A DNA stretch of 33,559 bases from NCBI RefSeq assembly GCF_001194135.2, contig NC_068982.1:90777660-90811218 (forward strand), in the 5' to 3' direction. This stretch comes from Octopus bimaculoides. Its lineage: Eukaryota. A program made the position numbers and the translations under genes. Each line of letters opens with the position of its first letter. Positions within the stretch are counted from its first letter, which is position 1. Below are positions 10,826 to 23,204 of the stretch, piece by piece. Below the pieces are notes generated by a model, which had not been told where the DNA came from, searched no databases, and saw nothing but the letters and a program-made list of their open reading frames with translations.

Positions 10826-12334
10826 TTTTTCTCAGTTTTAAAATGGGAAATTGTTTTCGTCATCTACATTCTAACTAGGGGGCTTTGCACCTTTGTTAGA
10901 AACTATCCCTTTCTTCAAAGGAATAATTTAAACAATTAAAAACAGAAAAGAACCTATAAAATACGGAAATGAGCAGTATATATTGCAAACTGTCAGTTCA
11001 AAATCTTATAAACCACTGAGATACATGTAAGATGGGTACGAAGATATAGATGAATACGAAAAGAAAAGAGATGCAATATGTAAATATTCTACTAAAATTT
11101 AGTAGAAGATAACAGCGTGCCTTATTCTATAATAACATATCATTAAGTTATGTTTAATATGTTAGAAGAAAATATTTTAGAACAGTGCTATGAATTAGGT
11201 TTATCCAACAGAAAAAAAAACGAAAAACTGTTTATTAGTTTGAGTTCAAACCATATTTATTAGTGTTAATACAGATAGACAATTTTCCATGTACCGTATG
11301 GACAGAAACCAATATGCAAGTTACTGCTTCAACGAAAATAACTACTTCACACAGTAGAGAACAATTATAACCTAATAGGGAAATGTTTTAAATGTAAATT
11401 GGTTTTTCGTCTCATAAGTAGCTAAGTTTAAAATGTACGGTAATGCTATTAGCAACGATGGACGAGTTAAAGCATATTAATTAATGGATTCAATATTTAC
11501 TATACCAAAGGCAATGTGTTATAAAGATATATATATCTGAAGTGCGCGCGCGTGTTGATGGATGGTAATATATTATTTTTTTTACATTACGCAAAGATAT
11601 ATGTCTTTTCAGTGTGTGTTAGCTAAGGATGCTTGTTTAATAATTTCAATTTTTATCAAGTATGGTCAAAAAACTGAGGAGGGAATACATTGAAATTCTA
11701 ACGTCCAGGGAAATGAACTGGATGGAATAATTCAAAATAACGAAAGCTAAAATCATTGATGGGTAACCAAAAATGGCAGGCTCTATAATATTTGAAAATA
11801 TTAGTTTGTTTTATTTTTTGTTCATGTGTTTTAAGGAACATTATTGGTGTCATGAGGCAAAATACTGTCTTAAGTAGAAAAGTATTAATAACTGAGAATT
11901 TAGAATGAATTAAATAAACCAATAAAAAGATTAAAAGTAAATATAATAAAAGAACATTACAAAAGAAGATATAAATTATGAAATTGAATGATAATCAAAT
12001 TTTCAGGCACGTAGCATTCTGAAAGTTAAAGAAGATCAATATATAATATGAATGAGTAGAATACAGAAGTGAGTTATAAAGATATATAGCTGAATAGATA
12101 TGATCGCAAGTGGTTTGGATTGACAGGTTATCGTGAATATGTTTCAAGAATAGTAAGGGGCTTAATATTATGCGATTTGATCGGCAAAGTCTAAAGTCGG
12201 GGTGATTTATCACGTATGAAGCTTGTGGTGAGGTAAATATGATATTTAAGTACAATTTAGTAGAATTAAATTAAATAGAAAGCAAGTTGATTTTTGCAGA
12301 CAATTTTTAAGTATAGGTTTTCACAGTACACAGC

Positions 12335-12402
12335 AATCTATACAACTAATCGATACAACTAATCTATACAACTAATCTATACAACTAATCTATACAACTA
12401 AT
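12335..12402 (+). repeat. 13-bp tandem repeat (AATCTATACAACT) x5.2
   Basis: Five units, one carrying a T>G change (12348-12360). Confidence 0.97.
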
Positions 12403-12751
12403 ATGACGCTTTGAGTCTATGGGGAATATATTGTCATTAATACATTTCCGGTTTCAATTAAGTGGGTTTCACCTAGCAAGTTCAGGTCAGGTTAAGTTTT
12501 ATGCACTTAAATAATAGATATATATTCTACTCATATTCAGTAATTGTATCGTGAGAGTAATTTCAAAAGGAATTTAGATGGTAAGGTAAAATTGTTACGT
12601 TAAATGGTGGTGGGAAGGTTGTTATATTAATTACTATTACTTTTCTTACAATTATTTCTATAAGAGAATGATCTCGAACTGTAATTCCTGCAAGCGAAAT
12701 TATTAACTCTGCAACCATTCCGCGCGTCATAATTCTTACTTGGAAATAAGG

Positions 12752-12968
12752 TTGCATGCTGGAAGAATCCTTACTACGCCAGACGAAATACTTAACGCAT
12801 TTCGCCCGTCATTATATTCTGAGTTCTAATTCCACTGAGGTCGTCTTTACCTTTCATCTTTTCGGGATCGATAAAATAATTAAAAATCGAGTACTGGGAT
12901 CGATTTAATCGACTGGCCACTTCTCCAAAACTTTCTGGCCGTGTACCTATATCAAAAAGAATTATTCT
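12752..12968 (+). mobile_element. tRNA-derived SINE family A, near full length
   Basis: Head gctggaagaatcc, B-box-like ttctgagttctaattcc, tail gggatcgatttaatcgactgg...aagaattatt. Homologous to 925-1131. Confidence 0.75.
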
Positions 12969-14075
12969 TTCCTGGAAATATCTGTTTACGAAGCAATCAT
13001 CAGAGAATTTATATTCCTTTTTTAGCTTCGGTTTTTCTATTAGTTTGAATGCTTTTTAGAGTAGCAGTAGAGTCTAATGTTGTGTGTGACACCTGCTGAC
13101 AAATCCTATTCAAGGTCTTTTCACTCGCTATCCCTGAAATAGTACAATATAGTTCCGGATATTCTCAACATACATTTAATTACAGGCAAAAATACTACAT
13201 AATCTATTAGATATATTTGAAACTAAATTACTAGTAATATTTCTGAGGTGTTTCAAATGTAGGTAGTTGTATATTCATTTGGTTTAGTGTAAGAATATTC
13301 TAAGGATTTAGTTAAATTTAAAGTGGTTTAGTTATGTTAGTTCCTATGGCAATTAGAAATCCGAATTTCTCGAAGACAAGTTCAATAAATTCTAATTCTA
13401 TCTGTATTTTCAATGTTACATTTTTTGAAAGATTATGACTGTCATCTCTGTAGAAACCACCTTCGATACCAGGAAACTAGGTTTGGAGGTTGTGCAGTAA
13501 GTTACCACGCCTCCAAGATTTCCACTTTGTTTTGTTTTGTTGGTTTTTTTTTAGAATTATCCTTTAATTTTCTAAAAATTCTCATTCCCATAAGATATAA
13601 TTCAACAGAATTTCCCTTTTATTCCTTCATTTGAAATTAATTGCTTGGCATAAGTATGTTATTTATTCGCCTAAGCCTTATCTCAGTTTATCTTATCTTA
13701 TTCAAATACGAGTTTAAAATGTTTCATAGTTTACCGTTTTAATATATATGAATTTTTTATATATAAAACACTTTATTTTGGTGTCACGAATTATTGATTC
13801 CGCTAATGAATATAGCTTCATCGTTGATCTTAACTTCTTTTCTATACCCTAACATACCTTTACGCTTACCTAATTATTTGAACAAGATCTCATTAATGTT
13901 TAAAGTATTAGTATACCACCTACTGGGAAAATAATTATTGTCCATCTACCAGTAGCAATTGTTTTCCATCTATTGTTTCAACCGAAACCAGTAAATGCTG
14001 CCTTGCTTTCTGTCGGATAGCTTTATTTAAAGTGTTGGCTAGTGGTTGTATCGAAGGTGGTAGAGACTTTGTTAA
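12969..14075 (-). mobile_element. Highly decayed Penelope-like element RT region
   Basis: Manual translation gives TLNKAIRQKARQHLLVSVETID (~13970-14035), GFYRDD (13441-13458; PLE GLYRDD motif) followed by VFEKFGFLIAIGTN, then NLVSNISNRLCSIF (~13190-13233). The order fits PLE RT. Boundaries are uncertain. Confidence 0.6.
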
Positions 14076-14722
14076 TCAAAGTTCATAAAAGAGGACGATA
14101 GGTTTAACAGTTAAGCGGAACGGATATGTTTCAGACTTTTATTCTTCGTTTGACAGTGGGAAATTACAGAAAACGGGTCGCATATGCTGCAAGGTGGCAC
14201 AGGCGGAAGCAGTAGTTTCATTTAATTTCCAAAGCGATTGAATTTATCAAACTAAACTCTAAACAAATTAAGGGATTTCTGGAATAATTTCATTTGCATA
14301 AATTGAATTTACTTTATTCAGTCTATGTTATTTCTCTAATCTCCTTATTTGGACCGCCACTATCTTCCATCAATCTTTAGCTTCATCATCTTTAAGTATT
14401 GCATCCATCTTTTTACCGAAACTTTTTACATAATCTCATCTTCAAAAAGCTCTGATTAGACTAAAACAGCTTTTAATCTGAAGTATTCATATTCACTCAA
14501 TATTTTTCATCAACACCAAATACATTGGATTGTTTATCATCATGGTAGCGTAATAACTTTCTTGAACTTGAAGTAAATCTATGAGTATTTCGTAGCAAAA
14601 TTATTTTGCGATACTAAAAGCGAGTATTATTTCGCTTAAATTTAATTGTTCAATAGTTTTCAAGGTGCACTGCTATATTTAATACCATCTCAGCCCTCTC
14701 CCTATCTTTCGTACTCTCTCAG

Positions 14723-14757
<35 letters not shown>

Positions 14758-14852
14758 TTCTGTTTGTATCAAAATCACTTTCGGCTTCCTTGTTGACGAA
14801 GGAAAAGAGGTGGAATGAGTGTCAGAATTGCAGTGCAACTACTATCACAATC

Positions 14853-15129
14853 AGCGAGTGGAAAGACCTTGAATAAGATTTGTCAGCAGTAGTTGTCACA
14901 CACAACAAGAGACTCTACTACAATTATAAAAAAAACATTAAGACTAATGGAAAGATCTAAACTAACAAAGGAATATAAACTTTCTCATGGTTGTTTCGTA
15001 AACAAATGTTTCCTAGAAAGAATAATTCTTTCTGATATAAGCACAAAGCCTGATATTTTCAAGGAAGTAGCCAGTCGATTACATCGACCCCATTGTCCAG
15101 ATCGTATTTTAGCGACCCAGAAAAGATGA
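14853..15129 (+). repeat. Inverted copy of 12854-13129 (Penelope fragment plus the 3' part of SINE A)
   Basis: Colinear match to the reverse complement, e.g. agcgagtg(g/a)aaagaccttgaata(a/g)gatttgtcagcag and gaaagaataattcttt. Roughly three-quarters identical by eye. Confidence 0.9.
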
Positions 15130-15149
15130 CTGAAACAAGGAAAAGATAA

Positions 15150-15480
15150 AAGGTAAAAGATAAATATCAAACATTGGAAGAGTATACAAGACATCAATAG
15201 ATGGATGAGAAGTCAACCCGATTTTAGTGATTCTCCGACAAGGACGAGTCAAGGAGACATTGTACCAAGATCTCTCTGAAGTTCTAAGATGTGTTCTTCT
15301 GCCCAATGTTATTCTCCAATCTACAGCTGCATGCTTAGATTTGTTCTCTCCACTCTAACTATCTTCACCACTTTCATCTACCTTTTGAGAAATACACTAG
15401 AGAGGAGCACTTTCATTTCTACGCTCAACTCATTTCTGGGTGCTACTGGAAAATATCGATGAAGCCTTGCCCAAAGAAGA
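15150..15480 (-). mobile_element. Possible degenerate RTE LINE C-terminal fragment
   Basis: KR*MKVVKIVRVGENKSKHAAVDWRITLGRR loosely matches the RTE pattern W.GHV.RM.E.R..K.AL.W...G.R. Confidence 0.3.
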
Positions 15481-16340
15481 AGAGTCAATCACAGATCTTT
15501 TCACCTTAGTCATCAAACAGGAGGAGATCGTCTTACTTAACGAGTTTAGATAGAGTGATCTTTAAGATGGCTTATGTTCTGCACACATCATTACTATAAA
15601 GGTCAACAATGCTTGGATACTGCACAAAAAGGAACAGAACGGTTTCGTCACTTTGCGTGTTCCGCGACAGTTTACTTGAAGGACACTTCCGTGCCTATAG
15701 ACATTAACTAGTAGTGGCCTGCAGGGATTCTGGAATTTTTTCATATTTACCTGTGAAATTCCTCTTCAAAATAGCAAGCAGTTTGTTCTTTGATTATTCT
15801 TAAAGTTTCTCTTAGTACTTCGTTGCGCATACTCACCCCTAATCCTATATATATATATATATATTGCTAAAGTGCTTCTGTCACCGGACGTATTGCCAAA
15901 GTAGTAGTTGGCGGTGAGAAGTTACGACATTTCATATCATCAAGTGCACAAGCCACAGCTTTGTGACAGAGAGGGTTTTTGACATCGGTCAGAAATTGTG
16001 TATTTGAACAGTACTTTGTTTTACCGACCATGAAAGTAGGATAAGTGAAGTTAGCATCAGCTGTATTTCAATTCAAAAGGTAAACGACTGTAAATAAATA
16101 CAACAAAATCTAATGTGAACCTCATTTAAGTGTCATTGTTTTTCTTTTATTTATTTCATCACACTCTGCAGTTTTAATACAGAAATGGCATATTGGATAA
16201 CATGAGCCGATATCCGTGATAACTTTAAAATAAGACTGAATTATCGTAACTGGAACACCTCTATCATAGATATTCTAATTTAGAGGTGATCTGAAAGTCC
16301 ATTAAAAAACATATCACTGACATCTAAGTTTGCAAAATAG

Positions 16341-16466
16341 AGTCTCCCTCTCTCTTTCTCTCTTTCCTGTCTCTCTCTCTCTCTCTCTCCTTTCTCTCTC
16401 TCTCTCCTTTTTCTCTCTCTCTCTTCTCTCCTTCTCTCTCGCTCTCTCCCTTTCTCTGCCCTCTCT
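16341..16466. repeat. Imperfect (CT)n polypyrimidine tract
   Basis: Read directly. Confidence 0.93.
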
Positions 16467-17054
16467 CGTTATTTCTACCACCATCACACTTTCATTTTCT
16501 CACCAGCCAGCACGTATAGATCTTTTAATGTCCGTCGATTATTAAAGAAAACAGATACATTGTCAGCAGGTAATATATTGTAGATGTCACTAAATTAACA
16601 CTATCAGTAAAACAAGGTTAAATATTTCCTGTTTGCAAAGTGTACACACTAAACTCGCAAGCTATTGCTTAAAAAAAAACTGCATAAAGATACACATTAT
16701 TATACATATGTACATACATGCAAACATACGATTATAAGTATACATACATACACACACGTAAAAAACACTAACAACTATAGCAAGTCTGCTTATTTCTGTC
16801 TTGCCTGCTCTGTATATTGATAATATATAAAACGTAAAATCTGAAGCCAACTTTTAACTGGGCTGTCCACTCGGGACCGAGGAATCCGATCACTGACCAT
16901 TAAGAATATTGTGCAAACGTCTACTTTACACTTGTGATTCTACTGGTGACTAATGAATCCAATCCTTGATAAACATACACATCCGGAGATATTGCAGATC
17001 AAGCCTCCGCCATTCACTGCACTGACGATATATGCCAACCTATATCTTCCTTTG

Positions 17055-17212
17055 CCTTTGCCTTGGATAATATCGGTAGCGCGGAGAGGGCAGGCAGATG
17101 TGCATGGGTGATTGCTGGTCTTCCATTAACAATGTTGCCCGGACTTGTGCCTCGGAGGGTAACTTACTCGGTGCAATCTCATGATCATTCATGACAGAGG
17201 AGTTTTTTACCA
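17055..17212 (+). mobile_element. SINE 3' module fragment
   Basis: ccttggataatatcggt...ctggtcttccattaacaatgttgcccggacttgtgcctcggagggtaact resembles a recalled Octopus SINE tail and is GC-richer than its flanks. Confidence 0.5.
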
Positions 17213-19475
17213 TTACCGTATATGTGTGTGTGTGTATGTGTTTGTGTGTGTGAGTGTGTATAACAACATGAACAAGAAGGGAGAAAATCACAGATTGTTT
17301 TTATTGTGCCAGCGTATTTAGACAGAAATACGATGGCATTGTTAGTTATGCTCCATCGTACAATACTGGTAATTTTAAATGTGCATAATTACCTTAAAAT
17401 CAAAAATATTAAATTGTTGAACCAGTGTTACGTTGAAATATTCCCATAAATATAGAAAAAACATTTAAATATTTCAATAGTAAAAGACGCCGTAATTGCA
17501 TTTGCTATAATCTAATAAGCCTAATTTTTCTAAGTTGCTTCAGCGCATTTAAAACGTGATCAGTTGGTTTAATAAATAATAATTTATATCTCGTTGAAAT
17601 AAAGTATATATATATACATCAATAACTAGATAACTAAATAATTGATGTAGAATTACTGTTTATTTGTTTATTCTTCCATTATCTACTGATGGCATCATAA
17701 GTTTTAATAGAACACTATTTTTTCTTAGAACATTATATTTCTTCTTTTTTTTTCCGTATATGTTCATGTATTAGAAATATTATATCGGTTCACTTTGAAT
17801 TTAACCTTTTTTGTATTACTTTGTTAATATTGTGTCAGCACACATTTTCGGATATATTGGTTTGAATGGTATTTTGTACTTTTTTTCTTTCTATATCTAA
17901 ATATGCTGGCACACTAGAAACGACCGTCAGTTTTGCATGATATTATCACCAATTAAAGATGTGATTATCTCCATTTTGTTTGTGTCATAATATACACCAG
18001 ATTTATTGAATTTATTTTCAGAGATATTTGGATTTACTCCTCATACATGAAGAATTAACTTGGGTATTAATTCTATATGAATTTATTGATATCTGATTGA
18101 TCTAGTTAATCAAGTTCACTTGACAGTGAATATTTTCTAGATACATACCTGGATTTATTTATCCTTTTATCTCTATCTCTATCTCTCTATATATATATGC
18201 ATGTGTGCGTGTACGCGTGTATGTGTGTTTGTGCGTGCGTGTGTGTGCGCGTGTATTACTTAGGCACAGCGATGCTTATAACTTGCTGTTAGAACTCCTA
18301 TACATTATATACCTCATAATAAAGTATCAGTCGCGTACCGATGGGTAATAAATAGTAAGAATGGCCAAATAAAAGTCATGTTATGAACTTCGTTTATTTA
18401 ACAGCTGTTTCTACACTGTGATTGAGTGCATTGATATCTAAATGCTTGATTATCACCCTATAACTTTATTGGAGCTTCAAACATGAAGTGCCTTCATGCT
18501 GTAAACTACTCAATTTTATTACAGAATTCTTTTTTCTTTGTCATTCCAATTTCTTCTGTATCTGTACACACACACAAGCATTATTAATCTAATATATATT
18601 GTATTTTATTTTATAATCATTTTAACTCTATTATTTTATAAAATCACAAATATTGTTTAGAATTTGTATTGTACATTGAATTAATCTTTTGTACTGCGAT
18701 GCAAGGAATTAAAACTAGAAACGTTGGAACCTCTGAATGATTTAATACTTTACACTTCCATGTGTGAAAAACTACCTTGATAAGGTCAGCCTATCATGTT
18801 AGGTTTTATTTCGGTTGTGAGTCATTTTCTGGTAGAAAAATCGTCGTTTATCTTCAGCATGAGAACACTAGGCTCCAAGTTAACACTAATTCTGTTGAAA
18901 ATTGACAGTCACACAAACAAATATATACATATATATGTGTGTGTATTTTTGCATACCAGAGATTAAAACAGCGGACAAATACTGCAATTAATTTACCTTT
19001 ACGTGCTGTATGATACACAGATGGCAACTATAATCTATACTGCTCCAAAGTGGCTAATTGCTATACCAGAGATTTTTCAAATCAGTTTTCCTACCTCAGT
19101 TACGACGAAATTTGTCTCAACATGCATTGGTCAGTAAGTACAAGTTTCTGACAAAGCCCAAAGATGTAGAATTACGCATCTAACACTCCTACCAAGGTTG
19201 GTGGACGATTTTCACCATCTGTACTTGATATATTTGTGTTGTTAAACACAGTTAACTCATAAGAGATATTAATTCCGAATAAATATCATAGTTAAGTTTT
19301 TTCATGATGTCTTTACATTCAGTATTATATACAAGTGCCTATCTTAATTTAATACCGTCGCACGTAACTGATGAATTATTGTTTTTTTTTATAATCATCT
19401 GTTTATTCTGTCGAATAAACACTTGTGGGTATTATGTCAAATTTTGAACATGTCCACATGAGCATCAGCGCAATC

Positions 19476-19645
19476 ACACACAAACACACACACTCCCCCT
19501 CTCACACACACACACACTCTCCCCACACACCCTCTCCCCACACACCCTCTCCCCACACACACTCTCCCCACACACACTCTCCCCCCACACATACTCTCCC
19601 ACACACACACACACTCTCCCCCCACACACGTACACGTACACGCAT
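19476..19645. repeat. ~15-bp (CACACACTCTCCCCA)-type minisatellite
   Basis: About 7 imperfect units read directly. Confidence 0.9.
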
Positions 19646-20231
19646 GAACAAAAGGTGAAGCCCTTGGAGCCCAAATGAAAATGTCGATTATCACATCTCT
19701 ACGGAAAACATTACATATGTAATCAGTATCTGATAAAAATGTCACCGAAGTACTAACTCCCAATGCAGTATGACGTTGTTTCTAAAACATACCATTCGGA
19801 AAAATCTCCTTCTTAATAAATTAGTAAATAAACATCAACACAAGGAACATTGGTAGATCATTCCGCTGATGTGAATATGTCTTTGAAAATCAAAGAGAAA
19901 GAGGATAGCTACGGACAATTACTTTAAAACCTTCAGCTTTATACCCAGGCTCTAAATTCACATTTATACCAATAATAATTGGTGCACATAGTTTTCTGAA
20001 TAAATGCCTAATATCAAGATGGAAAGACAAATACCGCGTCCATTACTAAACAGTTTGTGAGCAGAAAAGTAAAAATATGCAAGGCATTGCTTAAGTTCAG
20101 AGTTTGACATTTGTTTTTATGTATCATTTTTGTAACCTAACATTCTTACCTACGACCATGCAGCTTTATATCTTTGCTAGAAGTTAACGCTTTTCTTCCA
20201 GGAATTGTTCAAATAAATACAATTAGAAGAG

Positions 20232-20233
<2 letters not shown>

Positions 20234-20280
<47 letters not shown>

Positions 20281-20300
20281 GTGTACACGCTCACACACAC
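20234..20300. repeat. (TA)n/(TATG)n/(CA)n microsatellite
   Basis: Read directly. Confidence 0.92.
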
Positions 20301-20609
20301 ACCCTTATATATAAAAGACTTATTATATATATATATAGGTATGTTTGATAAATGCCAATGCACGAAAATCTCCGAATTAGAGTCACTCCCTAACTTCGTC
20401 TAAATATGAATAAATGAATAAATAAATAAATATATGTGTGTATGTATGTTTTTATATCCACGTATATGTGCGTATGTGTGTGTAAATTTGCATATGCTGT
20501 ATTTTGTATTCTTAAACTATCTGTTTTTATATAACTTAATTCAGTTTTGTAACTCCATATTTGACATCTTTATTCTATATCTGAAATAACTCTAATAACA
20601 TAGTCTTTA

Positions 20610-20624
20610 TCGTCGTCGTCGTCG

Positions 20625-20666
<42 letters not shown>

Positions 20667-20680
20667 ACATCATCATCATA
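20610..20680. repeat. (CGT)5(CAT)n compound trinucleotide repeat
   Basis: Read directly; gives the poly-M/poly-T ORF. Confidence 0.95.
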
Positions 20681-21879
20681 ATATTATAACATACAACACA
20701 ATTTTGATTCCTCCTCATATCATAAAGCAAAAGTAGGTTGTGTTGGTAAGACGAAATCACATTTTAAAGGAGATCATTACAATTTAAAGTCGTCTCTTCG
20801 TTCATGGATGAAGAAGCGAAGAAAATAGCGTCTTGCTGCTTGAATGAGGTTGTAGTAGGTGATGAGAAGTTGAACGTTTGTAAGAGTACAAATAAAAGCA
20901 TGCTGCTTTTTTCCCCGCATCTCCCATTTGCAACAGTAAAATCAGCAGCAACGTTTGCTGCATAACACCTTATCCAACTATGTTCCCTGTCTAATGTTTG
21001 CTAGTTTAATTGTATCTGATTATCTCAACAAGCGAACTGAGACTTAAAACCAATCGATGCATTCATTTCGCTTTTCTTGCAGTCTCTACTCGTCTCAACT
21101 ACACTACTTTGCATTGTTAAATATATTTTATTCGGTTCTTCCTTTTACGATTATATCTCAATGAAGTACTTTTCATTCTCGAATTCTCTCACTTTTAGCA
21201 AATCTACAATAAGAACTCTACCGCTATTCATATAGACAAACTCATTCAGTCATTTGACCTTCACACCACCTGCAGCTTTCTCTTGAACTGAATTGTTTTG
21301 CTTCTCGTGATTCGTATTACCTGCAGGAGTTGAACTATTGCTGATATTGTAAAAAATGCTTCCTGCTGCTGTTACTTGAAACTATACCAAACTTTGTTAA
21401 CCTGCTAATAGTCAGATTAATTCTGATTTCTTTACTCAATGTACAAAGATTAATGTTTTCACATGCCGATTTCTAGATAATGTATGGTTTGGTTTAATTG
21501 TTTAGAATCTCTACTTGAGTGCGCTTCTTTTGCAATAAATATTCGTTCGTTCAAAAAACTCTTTACTTGTCCTCAAATTATCGAATAGCAAAAGAAGTCA
21601 AACTGTATGTATATTGCAGCACAAATTCCTTATAAATGTGCCACCACAAATTTTTAGTTAGACTATAGAAAAGAAAAAGCGCTCGCAACATTTTATAGAC
21701 TAAGAAAACCGATACAGTTGATATTCAATTCAAATTTCCCTAGGGGACAACGTAGGTAGAAGGACATTTATGTGTCACACTTATGGATAGTACCGATTGG
21801 GAAACATGTTTGGCGTATGAAGAGCTACATGGGCTTTAGGAATGTATTGTGTACGGTTAGACAGAAGTGGAATGTAACC

Positions 21880-21880
<1 letters not shown>

Positions 21881-21927
<47 letters not shown>

Positions 21928-22378
21928 GAGGAGGAGGAGGAGGAGGAGGAACATCAGCAGCAGCAGCAGCAGCAGCAGGAGGAGAAGGTGCAGGAGGAGC
22001 AGGAGCAGGAGGAGCANNNNNNNNNNNNNNNNNNNNNNNNNNNNNNNNNNNNNNNNNNNNNNNNNNNNNNNNNNNNNNNNNNNNNNNNNNNNNNNNNNNN
22101 NNNNNNNNNNNNNNNNNNNNNNNNNNNNNNNNNNNNNNNNNNNNNNNNNNNNNNNNNNNNNNNNNNNNNNNNNNNNNNNNNNNNNNNNNNNNNNNNNNNN
22201 NNNNNNNNNNNNNNNNNNNNNNNNNNNNNNNNNNNNNNNNNNNNNNNNNNNNNNNNNAGGAGCAGGAGCAGGAGGAGGAGGAGCAGGAGCAGGAGGTGCA
22301 GGGGAAGGAGGAGCAGGGGCAGGAGGAGCAGGGGCAGGAGGAGCAGGGGCAGGAGGAGCAGGAGGAGCAGGAGAAGGC
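21881..22378. repeat. (GTA)n-(GGA)n-(GCA)n grading into GGAGCA/GAGGAGCAGGGGCAG repeats; contains a 241-N gap (22017-22257)
   Basis: Read directly. Confidence 0.93.
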
Positions 22379-23204
22379 AGATGTTGTAATATGAATTATT
22401 GGTCTGAGTTCTCTCGCCAGTAAAATGAATGACACTGTTGGATGTTGTCTAGGATGTTTGTGCATGCATCAGAGATGCAAGCTACGGTAAAATATGGGTT
22501 GCACTCGAGCTTTTTAGAGAATCAACAATACATTAGAGCTGAAATTCTAATTCTTAAAATACTAATTCTTAAACTGAATCTGTGCATGAGATTATCGGGG
22601 ATTGCCTAGCCTAGAAATTATAAAGACATCGAGAGTTTACGGAATATGTTGCTCCTGAGTAGAGAAATTGTAATACGATATTGTTATCTTGATGTATGTG
22701 ATGAATGATTGTAAAATTCATGGTTGTGTTCCAGACAGTTAAGTTTTAAAGTTTCTGTTCATGTAGCGTTGGGCATGACGTGTGTCAAGGCAAAATAGTC
22801 AAAATGGTGATAAAAATCATTTAGCTAAGAATATAGAGCATTATAAGCTTTAGCAAGTGGGTTGTTCATGTAAAGAAAAGGAGAATGTATGAGCTATTTT
22901 CGACGCTTGAGAAGCATCACAATTTATAAAATATTTAGTTAGGCTGAGACATATCAGCGCACGTTTCAAAAATACAGTAAGTTTTTGTTACAAGTAAAGA
23001 GATATGGTAACATACATAAGCGAGCATCGTAACTAAAAGAATTTCAAGCCTGACAAAACCGAATGTATTACTGGGTCCAAGTACATAAAATTGCATCATA
23101 CTTCTCAAGGCCACGAGGTCAGAGGTACGTAACGTACGAAAACCGTACTAGTGGTCACATATAAGGAAGAGAGTCTCACTTTAATGGAGGATGTTATCAC
23201 TTAC

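Larger units (their letters stand above)
8897..10845 (+). mobile_element. Decayed RLE-type non-LTR retrotransposon (second R4-like family), RT to RLE, interrupted by (CT)n and a nested SINE
   Basis: INISKEIFQGVSLS (RT motif), ITHNFFMDDL*IYAKN (YMDD-like), GNFHRSIDNDRLCLRRDKRGRALRSV, ESITHVMS...MRHNVVAKTLYNAI, KHNMSDIVVWD...IEVSCPADVNI (RLE) and SGTVKVY. Many stops and frameshifts. Confidence 0.88.

Noticed and set aside
18021-18062. Possible exon encoding RYLDLLLIH (aldo-keto reductase-like motif)
   Set aside because: Weak donor, the motif is not followed by W/P-like AKR context, and no other AKR exons were found.
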